This document shows, one piece after another, positions 57,884 through 64,000 of a stretch of 64,000 nucleotides of DNA. The position numbers and the translations under genes are program-made. Under the pieces are notes generated by a model that was not told the origin of the DNA, did no database searches, and was given only the letters and a program-made list of their open reading frames with translations. The stretch's first letter is position 1; every line of letters starts with the position of its first letter. The DNA comes from Candidatus Omnitrophota bacterium (GTDB lineage Bacteria; Omnitrophota; Gorgyraeia; Zapsychrales; Fredricksoniimonadaceae): contig JAGWKL010000005.1 in assembly GCA_028865345.1 (NCBI GenBank), forward strand, positions 21,577 to 85,576, given 5' to 3'.

Positions 57884-59043
57884 AGAAAGTCGTTTTGGCA
57901 TACTCCGGCGGCCTTGATACCAGCTGCCTGATCCGTTGGCTGAAGGACAAGGGTTACGAGGTCATTGCTTTCATGGCGGATGTGGGGCAGGGGAGCGATT
58001 TTAAGAAAATCGAAAAACGCGCCCTTGCCACCGGCGCTTCCAAGGTGTATATCCTTGATCTCAAGAAAGAGTTCGTCAAAGATTACGTTTTTCCTGCGAT
58101 CAAGGCCAATGCGGTTTATGAGGGTAAATACTTCTTGGCCACTGCCTTGTCAAGGCCGCTTATTGCCAAACACCAGGTGCTGGTGGCTAAAAAAGAAAAA
58201 GCGACGGCCATTGCCCATGGTTCTACCGGTAAAGGCAATGATCAGGTGCGTTTTGAAGTGACCGCCAAAATTTTAGCGCCGCATTTGGAGATCCTGGCGC
58301 CTCTGCGCACATGGGAATTCAAGACCCGCGAGCAGGAAATCGAGTACGCGCACAAATATAAAATTCCGATTGATGTCACTAAAAAGAGTCCCTATTCGGT
58401 CGATATCAATCTTTACGGGCGTTCCATCGAGTGCGGCGTTCTGGAAGATCCGTGGGTTGAGCCGCCGGAAGAAATTTATGCGCTGACCAAAAACCCGCTT
58501 CAATGCCCCAACCGCCCGGAATATGTGGAGATTCAATTTTCCAAAGGCGCGGCCGTAGCGGTCAACGGTAAAATCTGCCCCCCTGTGGAGTTGGTCCTGA
58601 AGCTCAACACGATCGGCGGACGCAACGGCGTGGGGCGCGTGGACATGGTGGAGAACCGTTTGGTGGGCATCAAGTCCCGCGAGATCTACGAAAATCCCGC
58701 AGGCACCCTTTTGATCACCGCCCATAAAGAGCTTGAAGCCATGGTGCTTGACCGCGAGACCTTGCATTATAAAGAGTTGATTTCTCCCCGCTATGCCGAA
58801 CTGGCCTATTACGGGTTGTGGGAAACTCCGTTAAAGGCACAGATGGATGCGTTTATTGATAAGACCCAGGAACGTGTCAGCGGTACCGTAAGGCTGAAAT
58901 TGTTTAAAGGGAGTTGTAATGTCGTAGGGCGTAAATCGCCGTTTTCACGCTATAAGGAAGAACTGGCCACCTACGGCGACAAAGACATTTTTGACCCCAA
59001 ACTTTCCGAAGGCTTTATCCGGATCTGGGGCATGCCATATTAA
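57880..59043 (+). CDS. argG: Argininosuccinate synthase
   Basis: AYSGGLDTS, TGKGNDQVRFE, ENRLVGIKSREIYE. Confidence 0.98.
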   Translation: MKKVVLAYSGGLDTSCLIRWLKDKGYEVIAFMADVGQGSDFKKIEKRALATGASKVYILDLKKEFVKDYVFPAIKANAVYEGKYFLATALSRPLIAKHQVLVAKKEKATAIAHGSTGKGNDQVRFEVTAKILAPHLEILAPLRTWEFKTREQEIEYAHKYKIPIDVTKKSPYSVDINLYGRSIECGVLEDPWVEPPEEIYALTKNPLQCPNRPEYVEIQFSKGAAVAVNGKICPPVELVLKLNTIGGRNGVGRVDMVENRLVGIKSREIYENPAGTLLITAHKELEAMVLDRETLHYKELISPRYAELAYYGLWETPLKAQMDAFIDKTQERVSGTVRLKLFKGSCNVVGRKSPFSRYKEELATYGDKDIFDPKLSEGFIRIWGMPY

Positions 59044-59056
59044 GGGGTACGACCAA

Positions 59057-59398
59057 TTGAGTATTAAGGTTTTCAAAACAAAGATATCCAAACTTGATCT
59101 CGAAGAACTTGCCAAAACCTATGGTGATATGATTAAAGGGGTTGTTGATATCGGCCAAAAGATGGCGGCTTTAGGCGGTGAGCTTCACGCCGATTGCGAA
59201 GAGGTCCTTCTTGAGCAAGGTTGTAAGCAGGCTGATTTATGGGGATTTAATATTTATCCTAATAAGAAAACGGAAGAACGGCTTGAATACACGTCGTTTA
59301 TTAATATCCGTCCTAAACAGGGTAATTTTCAGATGGAAGTTAAGGACGAAAAAATCCGGCGACAGATAAAAGCAGTGGTTGATCATTTGATTGATTAG
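59057..59398 (+). CDS. DUF5674-like hypothetical protein
   Basis: IKGVVDI...GGELHADCE..LL..G..Q.DLWG.NIYP...EY.S.INIRP.QGN pattern recalled for this family; TTG start after AAGGGG. Confidence 0.75.
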   Translation: MSIKVFKTKISKLDLEELAKTYGDMIKGVVDIGQKMAALGGELHADCEEVLLEQGCKQADLWGFNIYPNKKTEERLEYTSFINIRPKQGNFQMEVKDEKIRRQIKAVVDHLID

Positions 59399-59399
59399 C

Positions 59400-59720
59400 A
59401 TGATCACTAACGAGCGTTGGTCGAAACTATCTTTGTTTGAACAAATGGGGCATATCGGTTCCGAGGTGTCCCGTGCGCGTCTTTGGCAGGAGCGCAACGA
59501 TACAACCTCTTGCAATCGGTGTATAGAGAGGGCCTTTGAATTGGTCGATTTGACCATCGCCGATCATCGTTGGCGAGAACGTTTAAAAGAAATTTGCCGG
59601 TTTCGTGAAGTTTTGGCTGACCAGTATGCCGCCGGCCATGTGTATCAAGTGTCATTGAATGAGTTGGAGCGTTACTGTATGGATTTTGCGCTGGCTGCAA
59701 AGAAACCTAAAGGGGATTAA
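59400..59720 (+). CDS. Hypothetical helical protein (partner of the DUF5674-like gene)
   Basis: RW..LSL.EQM.HIGSEV.RA...RAFEL.DLT...LKEICR.RE; translationally coupled. Confidence 0.75.
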   Translation: MITNERWSKLSLFEQMGHIGSEVSRARLWQERNDTTSCNRCIERAFELVDLTIADHRWRERLKEICRFREVLADQYAAGHVYQVSLNELERYCMDFALAAKKPKGD

Positions 59721-59722
59721 AT

Positions 59723-61099
59723 ATGAGCAAGCTCTGGGGGGCGCGGTTTGACAAGAAATCCGATCCGCTGGCTGATCTCTTCACCTTCAGCATCAGCTAT
59801 GACCATCGTTTGGCCCGATACGACGTGATCGGCTCCATCGCCCATGCCCGGATGCTGGCCAAGCAAAGGATCATTCCTCAATCTGACGCCGCCAGGATCA
59901 TCGCCGGACTTAAGAAAATCCTTAAGCAGATCAAGGATGGCCGGTTCAAATTCGATCCCCAGGCTGAAGACATCCATACGGACATCCAAAACCGCCTGAA
60001 GGGCCTCGCCGGTGCTGCTGCGGAAAAATTGCATACGGCCCGCTCCCGCAATGACCAGGTGGTTTTGGATATGAAGCTTTATTGCCGCCATGAGGCCGCA
60101 CAATTAATGGCGTCGGTAAAATTTTTGCAAAAGGAGATTTTGGGTTTTGCCGGCAGGAATAAAGATGTCATTATCCCGGCCTATACGCATCTGCAGGCGG
60201 CCCAGGTGGTGTTGTTGGCGCACCATATGTTGGCCTACATCGAAATGCTTGAACGCGATCGCACCAGGCTTGTGGATGCCGCCCAACGCTGCGACACCAT
60301 GCCTCTGGGGTCTTGCGCTTTGTCAGGCACGTCGTTAAAAACGGATCGCGCCTATCTTGCGAAATTGTTAGGATTCAGCCGGGTCGCGGCCAACAGCATG
60401 GATGTTGTCTCCGACAGAGATTTCATCGTTGAGATGATCGGCGCCTGCGCCATGATTGCGACGCACCTTTCCCGCATCGCCGAGGATTTGATCTTATGGG
60501 CTTCCAGGGAGTTCGATCTCGTTGATATTGACGGCGGTTTCTGCACCGGTTCGTCGATCATGCCGCACAAGAAAAATCCGGATGTGCTGGAGTTGATCAG
60601 GGGCAGTTCTTCCAAGGTCATCGGGCGCTTGGCCGAGATCCATGTGCTGTTAAAAGGCCTGCCGTTGACCTACAACCGTGACCTGCAGTTGGATAAACCG
60701 GCCCTGTTCGAAAGCGTCGACACTGCTCAATTTATGCTGTTGGTTTTGAGCCGGGTTTTTGCCACGTTGAAATTAAAGAAGGAGAATGCCGCTCAACGAG
60801 TTTTGGACGAGAGTTTTTTCACGGTGGATGCGATGGATTATTTGGTTAAAAAGGGGGTTTCTTATCGCCAGGCGCATGACATCTTAGGCCGTATGGTCAG
60901 GGATTGCCTGGATCACGGCAAGCCTATCTCTTCGCTGAGCACAGACGAGCTGATCCGGTATTCACCGCTGCTGGAAGGGGACGTGAAAAAACTTTTCAAT
61001 CCCCGGATGTCTGTTAAAATTAAATCTTCTTCGGGCTCGACAAATCCCGGGTTTGTCGGCCGACAACTTAAAACATGGGGCAAGAAGCTGCATGCATGA
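59723..61099 (+). CDS. argH: Argininosuccinate lyase
   Basis: EDIH, HTARSRNDQV, YTHLQ, GSSIMPHKKNPD. Confidence 0.98.
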   Translation: MSKLWGARFDKKSDPLADLFTFSISYDHRLARYDVIGSIAHARMLAKQRIIPQSDAARIIAGLKKILKQIKDGRFKFDPQAEDIHTDIQNRLKGLAGAAAEKLHTARSRNDQVVLDMKLYCRHEAAQLMASVKFLQKEILGFAGRNKDVIIPAYTHLQAAQVVLLAHHMLAYIEMLERDRTRLVDAAQRCDTMPLGSCALSGTSLKTDRAYLAKLLGFSRVAANSMDVVSDRDFIVEMIGACAMIATHLSRIAEDLILWASREFDLVDIDGGFCTGSSIMPHKKNPDVLELIRGSSSKVIGRLAEIHVLLKGLPLTYNRDLQLDKPALFESVDTAQFMLLVLSRVFATLKLKKENAAQRVLDESFFTVDAMDYLVKKGVSYRQAHDILGRMVRDCLDHGKPISSLSTDELIRYSPLLEGDVKKLFNPRMSVKIKSSSGSTNPGFVGRQLKTWGKKLHA

Positions 61100-62342
61100 T
61101 TTTCATTTTAAAAACGGCGAACTTTGCTGCGAGAACGCGAAGGTCTCGGCCATCGCCCAACGCGTGGGGACCCCGTTTTATCTTTACAGCTATAAGACGC
61201 TGACCGACCATTTTTTAAAGATCCAGAGGGCCTTTGCCCCGCTTGATCCGCTCATCTGCTTTGCCATGAAATCCAACGGTAACTTGAGCGTGGTCAAAAG
61301 TCTGGTGGAGTTGGGCGCCGGCATCGATATTGTTTCCATCGGCGAATTGGGCAAGGCGCTCCTGGCCGGGGCAGACCCTCAAAAGATCGTGTTTGCCTCT
61401 GTCGGCAAGACCGAAGAAGAGATTGCCTTTGCCATTGAGACAGGCATTTTATTGTTTAATGTGGAGTCCGAGCCTGAATTGGCACAGATCAACCTCATTG
61501 CTGCCAAAATGAAGAGGCGGGTGCAGGCGGCCTTGAGGATCAACCCTGATGTCCCGGCGCCGACGCACGAGTACACCAACACCGGTTCGTTAAAAAAGAA
61601 ATTCGGCATCGATCTCGGTACCGCCCGCCGGATCTTCAGGACACAGGCTCAATATAGTCATGTGAAGATCAACGGTGTGCATATCCATATCGGGTCGCAG
61701 ATCATTGGACCCAGGCCTTTTGTGGGCGCCATCAAAAAAGTGGCCGATTTTATCGATGGTCTGCGTGCTGAAGGGATCACCATCGAATATTTGGACATCG
61801 GCGGAGGGTTGGGTATTATTTATAAAGATGAGAACCCCCAGACCGCTCAGCAGTACGCGGACAAGGTGGTCCCTATTTTAGAGAAAACGGGGTTAAAAAT
61901 CATCATGGAGCCCGGCCGTTTTATCGTCGGCAACGCAGGCATCTTTGTCACCAAGGTTTTGTATGTTAAGGACAACGGTCTCAAGAAATTCGTGATTGTC
62001 GATGGGGGCATGAATGACTTGATCAGGCCGATGCTTTATGATGCCTATCATGAGATCGTGCCCGTGGCGCAAACGCGGGGAGTTCCACAAAAATGCGATG
62101 TGGTGGGCCCGATTTGCGAAAGCGGCGATTTTTTTGCCCATGACCGTCTATTGCCCAGGGTCAAGAAAAATGACCTCCTGGCCGTGATGAGCGCGGGGGC
62201 CTACGGGTATGTCATGTCCAGCAATTATAATGTGCGTCCGCGGGTGGCGGAGGTCATGGTAAGGTCAAGCAAGTTCAAGATCGTCAAGGAGCGCGAAACT
62301 TTTAAAGATTTGGTGCGCGGGGAGAAGATCATTTCATGGTAA
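61092..62342 (+). CDS. lysA: Diaminopimelate decarboxylase
   Basis: FAMKSN, HIHIGSQI, DIGGG, EPGR, GPICESGD, GAYG. Confidence 0.97.
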   Translation: MHDFHFKNGELCCENAKVSAIAQRVGTPFYLYSYKTLTDHFLKIQRAFAPLDPLICFAMKSNGNLSVVKSLVELGAGIDIVSIGELGKALLAGADPQKIVFASVGKTEEEIAFAIETGILLFNVESEPELAQINLIAAKMKRRVQAALRINPDVPAPTHEYTNTGSLKKKFGIDLGTARRIFRTQAQYSHVKINGVHIHIGSQIIGPRPFVGAIKKVADFIDGLRAEGITIEYLDIGGGLGIIYKDENPQTAQQYADKVVPILEKTGLKIIMEPGRFIVGNAGIFVTKVLYVKDNGLKKFVIVDGGMNDLIRPMLYDAYHEIVPVAQTRGVPQKCDVVGPICESGDFFAHDRLLPRVKKNDLLAVMSAGAYGYVMSSNYNVRPRVAEVMVRSSKFKIVKERETFKDLVRGEKIISW

Positions 62343-63166
62343 ACGTCCCATTCGTCAAAATGGTCGGCGCGGGCAATGATTTTATCATTATTGATGCGCA
62401 CAAGAATTTTGATTACGCCGCTTTTGCCAAGTCTGTGTGCGCACGACAGAACGGCATCGGCGCCGACGGGGTCCTGATATTGGATAAATCCGCGCGATCC
62501 GATTACCGGATGCGCATCATCAATGCCGACGGCTCGGAAGCGGAGATGTGCGGCAACGGGGCGCGCTGCATGGCCGTCTATATTGCCGGCCATAAAAATC
62601 CGGTCAAGGCCCTATTCGGCATGGAAACCCTGGCCGGCGAGATTCTGGCTGAAGTTCAGGGCGAAACGGCCCGGGTGCGCCTGTCCAACCCCAAAGATTA
62701 CATGCCGGATTTGAACATCACCGTGGCCAAACAGAAATTGCAGGTGCACTACATCGATACCGGCGTGCCGCACACGGTGCTTTTTGTCGACGGTCTGCAG
62801 GAAGTGAACGCCGGCAGCATAGGGGCCTTGATCCGCAACCACCCGCGCTTTGCGCCGCGGGGCGCCAATGTTAATTTTGTCGAACGTGCGCGGGAGGGGA
62901 TGGTGGCGGTGCGCACCTACGAACGTGGGGTCGAGGCGGAAACCCTGGCCTGCGGTACCGGCGCCGTCGCCTCCGCGCTTGTCGCTTATCTTCACGCCCA
63001 TCCCAAGGTCAAGAAATTCAAAGGCGCCTCCATGAGGGTAGTGACGGCAAGCAAGGAAATCCTGGAAATCACCTTTGATCTGGACGAGGGGTATAAAATA
63101 GATAACGTATGGCTTAAAGGTTCGGCGAAACTGATCGCCAAAGGAGAGTATTTTTATAATGGATAG
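62336..63166 (+). CDS. dapF: Diaminopimelate epimerase
   Basis: GAGNDF, NADGSEAEMCGNG, GVPH, ERGVEAETLACGTG. Confidence 0.97.
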   Translation: MVNVPFVKMVGAGNDFIIIDAHKNFDYAAFAKSVCARQNGIGADGVLILDKSARSDYRMRIINADGSEAEMCGNGARCMAVYIAGHKNPVKALFGMETLAGEILAEVQGETARVRLSNPKDYMPDLNITVAKQKLQVHYIDTGVPHTVLFVDGLQEVNAGSIGALIRNHPRFAPRGANVNFVERAREGMVAVRTYERGVEAETLACGTGAVASALVAYLHAHPKVKKFKGASMRVVTASKEILEITFDLDEGYKIDNVWLKGSAKLIAKGEYFYNG

Positions 63167-64000
63167 AAAAAGGTTCCACGGCGCTTTTACAGCGTTGATC
63201 ACTCCATTTACGCCCGATGGTATTGATGAGACCGCCTATAAAAAATTGATCGAATGGCAGATTGCGCGGGGCATTCACGGCCTCGTGCCTTGCGGCACCA
63301 CCGGAGAGACCCCTACCATGACCGAAGAGGAACATTTAAGGGCCATGGAGATCTGCGTCCAAACGGCAGCCAAAAGGGTGCCGGTCATAGCGGGCACCGG
63401 TTCCAATTGCACCCGTGAAGCGGTCAACATGACCAGGCACGCTGCCACCATCGGAGCGGACGCGGCCCTGGTCGTCACACCTTATTATAATAAACCTACG
63501 GCCAAAGGCATTTATTTGCATTATAAGGCGATCACTGAAAGCGCGGATATCCCCATTATCCTTTACAACATTGCCGGCCGCACCGGCCGCAACATTGAAC
63601 CGGATCTAATGGCCGAACTGGCGGGGATCAAAAACATTATCGGCGTCAAGGAAGCTTCCGGTAATCCGGAGCAGATGAAAAAGATCCGTGAAGTCTGCCC
63701 CAAGGATTTCTTGTTGATTTCCGGGGACGATGCCATGACCCTGCCGATTTTAAAAATGGGCGGGGTGGGCATTATTTCGGTGGCTTCCAATATTGTGCCC
63801 GGGGATGTGGTGGAGCTGGTCAATGCTTTTAATGCCGGCAACAGGGACAGGGCGGCGGCCGTCAATGCCAAATTATTGCCCTTGATAGAGGCGCTGTTTA
63901 TAGAAACGAATCCCGTCCCGGTCAAAACAGCGGCTGCCCTGATGGGGTTGTGTTCGGACACCATGCGCCTGCCGATGTGCGCCATGGAAGGGACGAATCT
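63159..64000 (+). CDS. dapA: 4-hydroxy-tetrahydrodipicolinate synthase (3' truncated by window edge)
   Basis: Read manually from ATG 63159: TALITPF, CGTTGE, GTGSN, PYYNKP, YNIAGRTG, GVKEASG, SGDD, ETNPVPVK. Confidence 0.96.
   Translation, partial: MDRKRFHGAFTALITPFTPDGIDETAYKKLIEWQIARGIHGLVPCGTTGETPTMTEEEHLRAMEICVQTAAKRVPVIAGTGSNCTREAVNMTRHAATIGADAALVVTPYYNKPTAKGIYLHYKAITESADIPIILYNIAGRTGRNIEPDLMAELAGIKNIIGVKEASGNPEQMKKIREVCPKDFLLISGDDAMTLPILKMGGVGIISVASNIVPGDVVELVNAFNAGNRDRAAAVNAKLLPLIEALFIETNPVPVKTAAALMGLCSDTMRLPMCAMEGTN

Overview
Gene-dense bacterial chromosomal window, mostly + strand housekeeping genes: leuCD-ilvD-aroC, a suf Fe-S cluster, moaA/moaE, murB, ispH/ispG, folE-folM-folB, fabG-acpP-fabF, leuB-asd-truA, rplM-rpsI, argCJBDFGH-lysA-dapF-dapA. 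The style of the 2085-aa exported protein suggests Omnitrophota (inference only). No rRNA, tRNA, CRISPR array, transposase or integrase was found. The main discovery is a dispersed 34-40 bp element, consensus (A)ATATTCCCTRTTBCTTCG + short variable palindrome + GGT(T/A), seen 6 times at operon gene junctions. In 5 of 6 copies it separates a dead stub of a gene terminus from a diverged working copy of the same terminus: the 5' ends of aroC, argJ and an SDR (twice), and, in reverse orientation, the 3' end of a ferredoxin. This looks like an undescribed non-polar gene-terminus replacement or insertion system. The second highlight is a signal-peptide-bearing 2085-aa protein that wraps an intact PEP synthase between non-enzymatic terminal modules. 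Also noted: long intergenic palindromes, two unannotated small ORFs and an AT-rich two-gene insert between argG and argH.
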